DNA of 19,818 nt from Calditrichaceae bacterium. GTDB lineage: Bacteria > Calditrichota > Calditrichia > Calditrichales > JBFXGD01. The position numbers were made by a program, and so were the translations under genes. Position 1 is the stretch's first letter, and the number at the start of each line of letters is the position of its first letter. Below the pieces are notes generated by a model that worked only from the letters and a program-made list of their open reading frames with translations, was not told where the DNA came from and did no database searches. Below are positions 1 through 7,261 of this stretch, in pieces. The stretch is from NCBI GenBank assembly GCA_050178385.1, contig JBFXGD010000023.1:1-19818 (forward strand), in the 5' to 3' direction.

Positions 1-50
1 ATCCAGGTTATCCGGTTAATGTCACAATTACCGCGGGATTAAAATTTTAA
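1..50 (+). CDS. 3' end of an outer-membrane beta-barrel protein, probably a TonB-dependent receptor (partial, not in ORF track)
   Basis: The frame starting at base 3 reads PGYPVNVTITAGLKF then TAA (48-50). A PG.P motif, an amphipathic strand and a terminal Phe are typical of the last strand of TonB-dependent receptors. Only 15 codons are visible. Confidence 0.6.
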   Translation, partial: PGYPVNVTITAGLKF

Positions 51-116
51 TCAGGAGTGATGTTTTTAGAATTGTGGTATAGATCTTTCAGACATTCGGA
101 GTGAAAGGCAGCCAGT

Positions 117-1097
117 ATGAAAAAATATGTTTATTATTGTTTCGCGGTGTTTTTGATCTTTCAGAACGCGCCGCTGAAAGCGGAAAATACATTGTGGATA
201 TCAAATATGCCGCCGAAGGATACGGACAGAAAAATTCAACCTTTCGGAATGCATAAAATATCTTCCGTGCCGGTCCCTGGTATGAGGGGGACCTTTCATA
301 TCATACAATGGATACGCGGCGGAACATTGCCTGTAGAATCTGTATATTTGAGCGAAGCTCCATCGGCAAATGCGGAAATACATCTTCTCTCACCGGAAAA
401 TAAGCTGATTGATTGTAAGCAGGAGAATGGAACTATCATCTATGACGGTAATCCGGAGGGATTCTACAATCTTTATCTGACAGATAAGTATGTATCCGGA
501 GATACGCTCTACATAATAAACGCAAAAGCGGAGCGGTTGAGCCATAAGTGCCAGAACGGGCATAAGCATGTTCTAGCGAATCTACAGCCAAAAGACCTGA
601 AAAGTCATATCACGTACGAAATAATAAGAGACCGGCTCCCCCGGGAGGATTACCATACCTTTATTCAGTCCGGTGACAAGGTAACTTTCGGTTTGATTCT
701 CAAAGGGAATCCGGTTTCAGGTTCGAGGGTAAAACTCATTACCCAAACCGGTTGGGCTAAATTATCTAAGACTGATATAAACGGAGAAGTGACATTTCAA
801 ATACCGGAAGACTATTTTTCAGCGGTAACTGAATTTGAGAAACAAAAGATATTTAATTTTTTGATCGTGGCCGAACATGGCATTGCAGAAAATGGCGTTT
901 TTGACGGCAGTTCCTATAAACAGGTCCGATATACCGCCACATTCTCGGAAAGTTATATTCCGTCAAAAATGATGTATTCGTCCGCGGTATGGGCAATGAT
1001 AGTATTCGTATTCGCGCTTTCCCTGACAGCCGGCGCCGTTTTTTACTATCGTGAGCGGAAAAAAGTACCGTACCGGGAGGTCACATTCAATGAATAG
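117..1097 (+). CDS. Exported, C-terminally membrane-anchored protein, DUF4198-like; possible metal binding
   Basis: Sec-type signal peptide (MKKYVYYCFAVFLIFQNAPLKA). DUF4198-like segment (GDKVTFGLILKGNPVSGSRVKL...TDINGEVTF). His/Cys cluster SHKCQNGHKH. C-terminal TM helix followed by basic tail YYRERKK. AAAGG at 104-108 as RBS. Confidence 0.6.
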   Translation: MKKYVYYCFAVFLIFQNAPLKAENTLWISNMPPKDTDRKIQPFGMHKISSVPVPGMRGTFHIIQWIRGGTLPVESVYLSEAPSANAEIHLLSPENKLIDCKQENGTIIYDGNPEGFYNLYLTDKYVSGDTLYIINAKAERLSHKCQNGHKHVLANLQPKDLKSHITYEIIRDRLPREDYHTFIQSGDKVTFGLILKGNPVSGSRVKLITQTGWAKLSKTDINGEVTFQIPEDYFSAVTEFEKQKIFNFLIVAEHGIAENGVFDGSSYKQVRYTATFSESYIPSKMMYSSAVWAMIVFVFALSLTAGAVFYYRERKKVPYREVTFNE

Positions 1098-2094
1098 AAT
1101 TAGTGATTATATTAATACTTCAAATATCAGCCGGTTCAGATTTTACTTTCAGATAGCGGCATTTCTGCTGCTGATATACGGCGGCTACTATTTTATCCAT
1201 ATAAGCGACCAGATACCGACTTTTGCCTGTCCATATAATCAGGGAAGCGCCGGTACCTGCTTCCTGATAAGCCTGCAGCACAGGCTGCATACAACCTGGA
1301 GCAGCCTGTTCAGTTGGCGTGGAATAGCATTGCTGAATGGAATTATTGTATTCTTTATCCTTTTTATTTTTTTTAACAAAGCCTGGTGCGGTTATATCTG
1401 TCCTCTGGGTACCATCCAGGACTGGATCACCAAATTACGAAAGAAAACAGGTGTCCGCTTCTCGAAGTACGATGATTTGACTTTTAAACATTTGAAGAAG
1501 ATTAAGTACATTCTGCTGATTCTTCTTATACTGATACCGTTGGGAATGAGTAATTCCCTGTTCGGGCTTCCGAAATTTTCACACGATCTGTCCGCTCCGT
1601 TTTGCCAGGTTTGCCCGGGAAGAACGGTATTACCTTTATTTTCAGGAGATACATCACAATTTGCAGTGGATTTCAGCTCAGGGACAACCATCATTATGTC
1701 CTCACTGGGACTCATCGTGACCGGCCTGTTTTTTACGGGTTCGTTTGTAAAAAAGCGGTTTTTTTGTTTTTTCTGCCCGATGAGCGCGCTGCAGTATATT
1801 TTTTCAAAAGCGTCTCTGCTGCGGCTGACCAAGGATGGATCGAAATGCACCCGCTGCGGAAACTGCCACCGTGTGTGTGATGTGGGAATCAAAGAAATTG
1901 CTGATGATATTGATAGTAAAAATATTGTGCGCGATGACTGTATGATGTGTTTTAAATGTGTTGAAGCCTGTCCGGAGAATGATTGTCTTAAAGTGTCGAT
2001 TCTAACCCTACCGGTATTTACATCGACAGAAAAAGGATTTTTTAAAAGATATAATGTGACCGAAAAATCGGAGGTGACCGGATGGGAGAAATGA
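1090..2094 (+). CDS. Membrane-bound 4Fe-4S ferredoxin-type protein, NapH/MauN/FixG(RdxA) family
   Basis: About 4 TM segments. CxxxCP motifs (WCGYICPLG, FCQVCPG), RFFCFFCPM, and two ferredoxin motifs CTRCGNCHRVC and CMMCFKCVEACP. Start moved from 1051 to ATG 1090, which has GGGAGG at 1075-1080 and overlaps the upstream stop. Confidence 0.88.
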   Translation: MNRISDYINTSNISRFRFYFQIAAFLLLIYGGYYFIHISDQIPTFACPYNQGSAGTCFLISLQHRLHTTWSSLFSWRGIALLNGIIVFFILFIFFNKAWCGYICPLGTIQDWITKLRKKTGVRFSKYDDLTFKHLKKIKYILLILLILIPLGMSNSLFGLPKFSHDLSAPFCQVCPGRTVLPLFSGDTSQFAVDFSSGTTIIMSSLGLIVTGLFFTGSFVKKRFFCFFCPMSALQYIFSKASLLRLTKDGSKCTRCGNCHRVCDVGIKEIADDIDSKNIVRDDCMMCFKCVEACPENDCLKVSILTLPVFTSTEKGFFKRYNVTEKSEVTGWEK

Positions 2095-3401
2095 GCGACA
2101 CATTGAGCAGAAAAGACCGCATGAAAAAAACGGCCGTGATTCATCTTCGTATGGAATCAAATAAAAGTTTAAGGGAGATCGTGGACGATTTTCCCGGAAA
2201 GCTGGACGGTATGAGGTATTTTTATGATAAACTAAAACTATATTCCGACAGCTCAGGATTTAACACCGAAGGTAAAAAGGTCATCGCGACGATGTGTATT
2301 CATGTGCCCGTTGAACTGATCTACGCTGCGGGAGCGATTCCGGTTAGGATATGTTCGGGGGCGTACGCGACAGATACCATTGGCGCGGAATTCCTTCCCG
2401 CCAAAACATGTCCATTGATTAAATCAACATTGGGTTTACTTTACGCGAATACATTCGCCCGAAATATCAGGCCGGATCTGATTATAAATCCAACAACCTG
2501 TGACCAAAAAAAGAAACTCCCGGAAGTTGCGGAGGATATTGACACGGAGTTCTATACTCTCGAAGTGCCGCCTACAAAGGACAGTGAAGAAGCCCGATTC
2601 TATTGGCAGGGGGCAGTCAAAAAACTGGTTCTGAAGCTTGAAGCGGTGACCGGCCAAAGGATCACCCGAAGCAAATTGCGCAAGTCCATAAAAATGGTGG
2701 CGGAGGCGCAAAATCAGTTTAGAAGATTCAATGAAAATCGAAAAAATCTGCCGGTTATCGGAGGAAAGGACGCCATACTCATCTCAAATACCTTTTTCTT
2801 TGATGATATCATAACCTGGACAGCCGCCTTATCCCTTCTTAATGATGAGATGGATGAACGTATCAATGCCGGAGATACCATTGCCGCTGAAAGAGCTCCG
2901 CGTATTCTTCTGACAGGATCACCCTCAATATTTCCAAACATGAAACTTCCCGTTTTAATTGAAAAACTGGGAGGTGTTGTTGTTACGGAGGAGTTTTGTT
3001 CAACTACGCGTTTGCTTTATGACACCGTCGCGGTGGATGAATGGTATTTATATGATATGATTCCGGCGATCGCGGACAGGTATCTCAAGCCGGGAACTTG
3101 CCCGAATTTTACTCCGAATTCAGACAGATTCAGAAAATTATTGGATAATGTCAGGCAATTTAAGGTGGATGGTGTAATTTATCAGGCATTCGCCGGGTGT
3201 CAGCTATATGAACTGGAATCACGTAAAACAGGGAGGCTGCTTTCGGATGAAGGAATACCCATGCTGTACATTGAGACTGATTACAGCCCTGAAGACGCGG
3301 GACAGTTGTCAACTAGAATCGAGGCTTTTCTGGAATCGATAAAACTTAAAAAACAAAAAAACCGTCCGGAGGCTGAAAATGTCTTATTACGCGGGAATTG
3401 A
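2082..3401 (+). CDS. 2-hydroxyacyl-CoA dehydratase (HGD-D) fold Fe-S protein, double-cubane-cluster protein (DCCP/YjiM)-like anaerobic reductase
   Basis: Motifs MCIHVPVELIYAAGAIP, LPAKTCPLIKS, TTCDQKKK, RILLTGSP, EEFCSTTR, DRYLKPGTCPNFTPN, GCQLY and IETDYSPEDAGQLSTRIEAFLE. Seven Cys (C72, C91, C110, C140, C306, C340, C373). GGAGGTG RBS before 2082; alternative ATG at 2091. Confidence 0.85.
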   Translation: MGEMSDTLSRKDRMKKTAVIHLRMESNKSLREIVDDFPGKLDGMRYFYDKLKLYSDSSGFNTEGKKVIATMCIHVPVELIYAAGAIPVRICSGAYATDTIGAEFLPAKTCPLIKSTLGLLYANTFARNIRPDLIINPTTCDQKKKLPEVAEDIDTEFYTLEVPPTKDSEEARFYWQGAVKKLVLKLEAVTGQRITRSKLRKSIKMVAEAQNQFRRFNENRKNLPVIGGKDAILISNTFFFDDIITWTAALSLLNDEMDERINAGDTIAAERAPRILLTGSPSIFPNMKLPVLIEKLGGVVVTEEFCSTTRLLYDTVAVDEWYLYDMIPAIADRYLKPGTCPNFTPNSDRFRKLLDNVRQFKVDGVIYQAFAGCQLYELESRKTGRLLSDEGIPMLYIETDYSPEDAGQLSTRIEAFLESIKLKKQKNRPEAENVLLRGN

Positions 3402-4197
3402 TATCGGATCAAGCGCAATAAAGATTGCCCTGCTAAATGATTCATCAGAATTAATGGCAACCGGTATATCGCCCACAGGAAGCAGTTTTAATAAAAACGC
3501 GGCGGAAGCTCTGCAGACGCTTCTGGATAAAAACAGCCTGAGCAGGGATGAATTACTTTATACCGTCGCAACAGGCTATGGGAGAAAGTTGTTCAAGGAA
3601 AGTGATGAATCAATCAATGAAATAACCGCCAACGCGATGGGCGCGGCTTTGACCTGCCGCGAATCGGGTATTGTAAGGACGATTATCAATGTCGGCGGAC
3701 AGGATGCAAAAGTGATTGAAATAGATCATGATGGTCATGTGAGCAATTTTGTAATGAACGATAAATGCGCGGCCGGAACGGGTCGGTTTCTCGAGATGGC
3801 CGCCAGAAATCTGGAAGTCGATCTTCCCGAATTTGCCGAATTACATTTTCAAAGCGCCGATCAGCCCTTACCGATCAACAGCACCTGCGCGGTTTTCGCG
3901 GAATCAGAAATCATTTCTCTTCTCGCCGAGGGACATAGCAAAAGTGAAATCGCGGCAGGTATCCATTATTCTATTGCAAGGAGGATTGCTCGGTTGGCAG
4001 GTCGAGTGAAAATCGAAGAAGTAATTCTTTTTGATGGCGGCGCCGCTTTGAACAGGGGGATGCTGGCGGCGTTGGAGGATGAACTGATGCGGCCTGTCAT
4101 GACATGCAAACTTCCTCAAATTACGACTGCCATAGGAGCGGCTGCCGCCGCGTTAAAATCATTTCATTCACAGGAGGTTACAAATGCCATATATTAA
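3379..4197 (+). CDS. ASKHA-family ATP-dependent electron-transfer activase (HgdC/HadI/BadF-BadG-BcrA-BcrD family; DCCP-reductase-like)
   Basis: GIDIGSSAIK, ATGYGR, EITA, GGQDAKVI, MNDKCAAGTGRFLE and STCAVFAESEIISL. The two conserved Cys are those that bind the bridging [4Fe-4S] cluster in this family. Overlaps the preceding gene by 23 nt. Confidence 0.93.
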   Translation: MSYYAGIDIGSSAIKIALLNDSSELMATGISPTGSSFNKNAAEALQTLLDKNSLSRDELLYTVATGYGRKLFKESDESINEITANAMGAALTCRESGIVRTIINVGGQDAKVIEIDHDGHVSNFVMNDKCAAGTGRFLEMAARNLEVDLPEFAELHFQSADQPLPINSTCAVFAESEIISLLAEGHSKSEIAAGIHYSIARRIARLAGRVKIEEVILFDGGAALNRGMLAALEDELMRPVMTCKLPQITTAIGAAAAALKSFHSQEVTNAIY

Positions 4198-5035
4198 ATG
4201 GTGCGTCGTTGTTGTAGTGCTCATCATAGCCGGCAGCGCAATGTCAGGAGAATATGACAATTTTTTTAAACCCGATTATGGCGAAAAAATCGCTAAATGT
4301 AAAAATTGCGGGGAAGATATTTACGAAAACATGATGACGAAAGTTGACCTGATTCGAAAGGAAAAGGACCCGGAATATGCCTGCTCGCTGCCTTGCGCGA
4401 TCAAACTTATCGATAATTCTGAACGCTATGCCGACATGTATGTGATGGAATATTATTCAGGCAGGATGATTTCAGCGGCAAACGCGATTTTTGTTCTTGG
4501 AGGAAATCATTATCCTGAAAAGACTAATTTTCCTGTGTTTGCGTTCGATCGACAGGATAGAGCCGTTTATTTTATCAGTCAGCACGGAGGATCAATTTTC
4601 GGAACAGAATCGATCCTAAAACTAGCGAGAGAAAACAACAAAAATGATTATTCCAGATTGTTCTATCCGGATCCGGGAGAAAAAATCGGCGTTTGCATCC
4701 ACTGTGAACAGCCTGTATATGAAAAACAACTTACTCGCCTGGAAATAATCACTGATGAAGGAATCGTTAACGCATGTGATCTTAAATGCGCGAAGAGTAG
4801 AATTGACGGAAGCAATTATAGCAATATCCGGGTCATAAACTTCACAACCGGTTTTTCTTTTGGATTCGAAAAAGCATGGTTCATAATAAACAGCAATGTA
4901 CTTCCCAATTCGGGAGAACTGCCTGTGCTGGCATTTAAGGAAAATATGATCGCTGAAGAATTTATTAAAATTCATCGGGGGAAAATACTGACATCCGCAG
5001 AGATGATTGATATCTTAAAGAAAGTTAACGACTAA
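4184..5035 (+). CDS. Secreted protein with two tandem NosL-like (CxxC...CxxxC) domains
   Basis: Signal peptide, then two repeats of about 130 aa. Each has CxxC, ACxxxCA and NosL-like C-terminal motifs (VMEYYSGRMISAANAIFVLG...FAF...FISQHGG; VINFTTG...EKAWFII...LAF...FIKIHRG). ACAGGAGG RBS. Confidence 0.8.
   Translation: MPYIKWCVVVVVLIIAGSAMSGEYDNFFKPDYGEKIAKCKNCGEDIYENMMTKVDLIRKEKDPEYACSLPCAIKLIDNSERYADMYVMEYYSGRMISAANAIFVLGGNHYPEKTNFPVFAFDRQDRAVYFISQHGGSIFGTESILKLARENNKNDYSRLFYPDPGEKIGVCIHCEQPVYEKQLTRLEIITDEGIVNACDLKCAKSRIDGSNYSNIRVINFTTGFSFGFEKAWFIINSNVLPNSGELPVLAFKENMIAEEFIKIHRGKILTSAEMIDILKKVND
4250..5029 (+). repeat. Internal protein-level duplication (about aa 23-150 and aa 155-282, period about 132 aa)
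   Basis: EYDNFFKPDYGEKIAKCKNCGEDIYE aligns with DYSRLFYPDPGEKIGVCIHCEQPVYE; ACSLPCA with ACDLKCA; PVFAF with PVLAF. Confidence 0.85.
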
Positions 5036-5047
5036 TGAGAGCAGGTT

Positions 5048-5416
5048 ATGACCGGTCTTGATCGGGATTTTATTATTCTCAAAATATATGCTTTTGTCAC
5101 GGTTATGCTGATTGTGATTTTTACCGTTTTTGTGTTTTACAGTCGCGCGGTAGTCTCAAATGATCAGAGATTGTCTCAGGAAGCCGAGATTGTCAGGTTG
5201 CTGCATATCACCGATATGTGTGTAGCGACAGAATCAAGACATACCCGTCACATCGCTCTTCCGGAGCCGGCAGCGGCTTTTCAGGATATACCCGGCTTTC
5301 TGGATCACTTTCCCACATCGACATTTTTTTGGCCGCCTCCGCAGGTGAAAATTAAGCAATCATCAGAAACGGGTGTTATCGGAAATAAAAATCCAATGAT
5401 CGGAAATAAGAAATGA
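5048..5416 (+). CDS. Small membrane-anchored hypothetical protein with His/Cys/Asp-rich soluble domain
   Basis: N-terminal TM helix, then LHITDMCVATESRHTRH...AFQDIPGFLDHFPTSTFF. Stop overlaps the next start (ATGA, 5413-5416). Confidence 0.7.
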   Translation: MTGLDRDFIILKIYAFVTVMLIVIFTVFVFYSRAVVSNDQRLSQEAEIVRLLHITDMCVATESRHTRHIALPEPAAAFQDIPGFLDHFPTSTFFWPPPQVKIKQSSETGVIGNKNPMIGNKK

Positions 5417-6576
5417 GACGCCATTTATTTATTCTAGCCTTCTTTTTGACTTCGGCGCGCCGCCACTGGAAATGGCATCTTGGAGTCATCACCATATTTT
5501 CAGTGGTTGTATTTGCTTTCGCTTCCATTGTCTTTTTTATACAGTCGCTGTCATATGAAACGCGACAAGTGCTCAGTTCGGCGCCCGATATTACGATGCA
5601 GAAGATAAAAGCGGGCAGAATGGTTGAAATACCGGACAGTCTGGTACAGAGCATCAGCGAAATTCGCGGTATAAAATCAGTTGTCCCAAGGGTTTGGGGG
5701 TATTATTTTGATTCTCCCACGGGCGGGGTGTTCACTCTGATGGGCTCAGACTCTCTTCCGGGTAATCTTACCTTAGTGGATGGAAGAGGTATTCAGCCCG
5801 GTGACCGGGGAATAGCTGTTTGCGGAACCGGTTTTTTGGAGACGCACTACCTGAGACTTCAGGATAATCTGAGCCTTTTCGATAGCGATGAAAATCTTCT
5901 TAATTTTACGATAACCGGCCGGTTTAGATCGCCGTCGGATCTGCTGACCAGGGATCTGATCATTCTGCCAATTGAAGACGCGCGAAAAATTGTGGGATTG
6001 AAAGAGACAGAATACAGCGATCTTTCCATCTATGTTTTTAATGATGATGAAATAGAAAATATCAGCCGCAAAATTGACCGCCGTTTTCCTTCCGTAAGAG
6101 TCGTTACAAAAGCGGAAATTAAGTCAACCTACGAGGCTCTGTTTGGTTATCGCGGCGGCTTGTTTATGTTCGGGCTGCTGATTTCCCTGTTTGCCTATAT
6201 GATTCTGGCCTGGCAGAGAGCATCCGGTATTTCTGCAGAAGCGAAAAAAGAGCTGGGAATACTTAAGGCCGTCGGATGGGAAATATCTGATGTGCTCTTG
6301 CTCAAATTCTGGGAAGGCATATCCATATCGCTGACTGCGACTCTCATTGGTTTAATCGGAGCCTATATACATGATTTTATTTTTCAGGCGTCTTTGCTCA
6401 AGCCGTTTTTAGTCGGCTGGTCCGTTATTTACCCTGAATTTAATCTTCTGCCTGTGGTGCAGATCGGCAGTGTCCTTCTGATTCTTGTTCTTGCTGTTGT
6501 GCCATATATTGCCGCGACCATGATTCCATCCTGGAAAGCAGCGGTTATAGACCCTTCGGAGGTGATGCATGCCTGA
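5413..6576 (+). CDS. ABC transporter permease, FtsX/MacB/LolC-LolE family
   Basis: One N-terminal TM, a periplasmic domain of about 200 aa, three C-terminal TMs. Motifs KKELGILKAVGW and IPSWKAAVIDPSEVM. Confidence 0.9.
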   Translation: MRRHLFILAFFLTSARRHWKWHLGVITIFSVVVFAFASIVFFIQSLSYETRQVLSSAPDITMQKIKAGRMVEIPDSLVQSISEIRGIKSVVPRVWGYYFDSPTGGVFTLMGSDSLPGNLTLVDGRGIQPGDRGIAVCGTGFLETHYLRLQDNLSLFDSDENLLNFTITGRFRSPSDLLTRDLIILPIEDARKIVGLKETEYSDLSIYVFNDDEIENISRKIDRRFPSVRVVTKAEIKSTYEALFGYRGGLFMFGLLISLFAYMILAWQRASGISAEAKKELGILKAVGWEISDVLLLKFWEGISISLTATLIGLIGAYIHDFIFQASLLKPFLVGWSVIYPEFNLLPVVQIGSVLLILVLAVVPYIAATMIPSWKAAVIDPSEVMHA

Positions 6577-7261
6577 TATGATTGTAACCCAAAAACTGTC
6601 AAAAACTTTCAACAAGGATAAAGTAAATGAAGTAGATGCCGTTCGCGGCGTTGACATGAATATAAAAAAAGGTGAAGTCATAGTATTGAAAGGGCCGTCC
6701 GGATCAGGAAAAACAACGTTAATGGCCGTATTGGGGTGCATGGCAAAACCAACATCGGGAGAGGTGATTATTCTCGGAAACCGGGTCTCAAAGTGGACGG
6801 AGAAATTTCTTACCTTATTCAGGAGACAGCATATTGGATTTATCTTTCAAAATTTTAATCTGATCAGCGGATTGACGGCCGCGCAGAACATTATTATCCC
6901 GATGATTCCGTCAGGACCGGATATCAGTGGACTCAACCGGAGAACGATGGAGATCGCGGAGAGTTTGAATATTTCCCACCGGCTGAATTTTAAAATTGAC
7001 ACGCTTTCAGGTGGCGAGGCGCAGCGTGTGGCCATCGCCAGGGCGCTGATTACCGATCCCGAAATAATAATGGCAGACGAACCGACCGCCCATCTTGATA
7101 CAAAGTTATCCGGCCAGATTATGGATATTTTCCGGGATCTTAAAAAACAGGGTAAAACTCAGATTATCGCCACACATGACCCGCTCGTATATGAATCGGA
7201 TCTGATAGACCGCATCATCTGTATGAGGGACGGGTACCTGGTTGAAGAGGAGAATGAATAG
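6569..7261 (+). CDS. ABC transporter ATP-binding protein, LolD/MacB-like
   Basis: Walker A GPSGSGKT, GFIFQNFNL, signature LSGGEAQRVAIARAL, Walker B IIMADEPT, H-loop ATHD. GGAGGTG RBS. Confidence 0.95.
   Translation: MPDMIVTQKLSKTFNKDKVNEVDAVRGVDMNIKKGEVIVLKGPSGSGKTTLMAVLGCMAKPTSGEVIILGNRVSKWTEKFLTLFRRQHIGFIFQNFNLISGLTAAQNIIIPMIPSGPDISGLNRRTMEIAESLNISHRLNFKIDTLSGGEAQRVAIARALITDPEIIMADEPTAHLDTKLSGQIMDIFRDLKKQGKTQIIATHDPLVYESDLIDRIICMRDGYLVEEENE

Noticed and set aside
60..116. Short ORF MFLELWYRSFRHSE ending in TGA (102-104), in frame with the gene at 117; considered as selenocysteine readthrough or a leader peptide
   Set aside because: AGGAG is only 2 nt from the ATG, no SECIS-like hairpin is evident, and the 117 start has its own RBS and a clean signal peptide.
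1392..2144. 250-aa minus-strand ORF
   Set aside because: Lies wholly antisense to two well-supported genes and has no recognisable motifs; a shadow ORF.
2082..4197. Classical 2-hydroxyglutaryl-CoA dehydratase or benzoyl-CoA reductase pathway
   Set aside because: Only one HGD-D-fold gene and one activase are present, with no second subunit, CoA transferase or ligase, or ring-degradation genes in view.
1090..7261. Nitrous oxide reductase (nos) or periplasmic nitrate reductase (nap) cluster
   Set aside because: No nosZ, nosD, napA or napG is in the window, the ABC is LolCDE/MacB-like rather than NosFY, and the NosL-like protein lacks the usual Met motifs. Upstream sequence is not visible, so this is not fully excluded.
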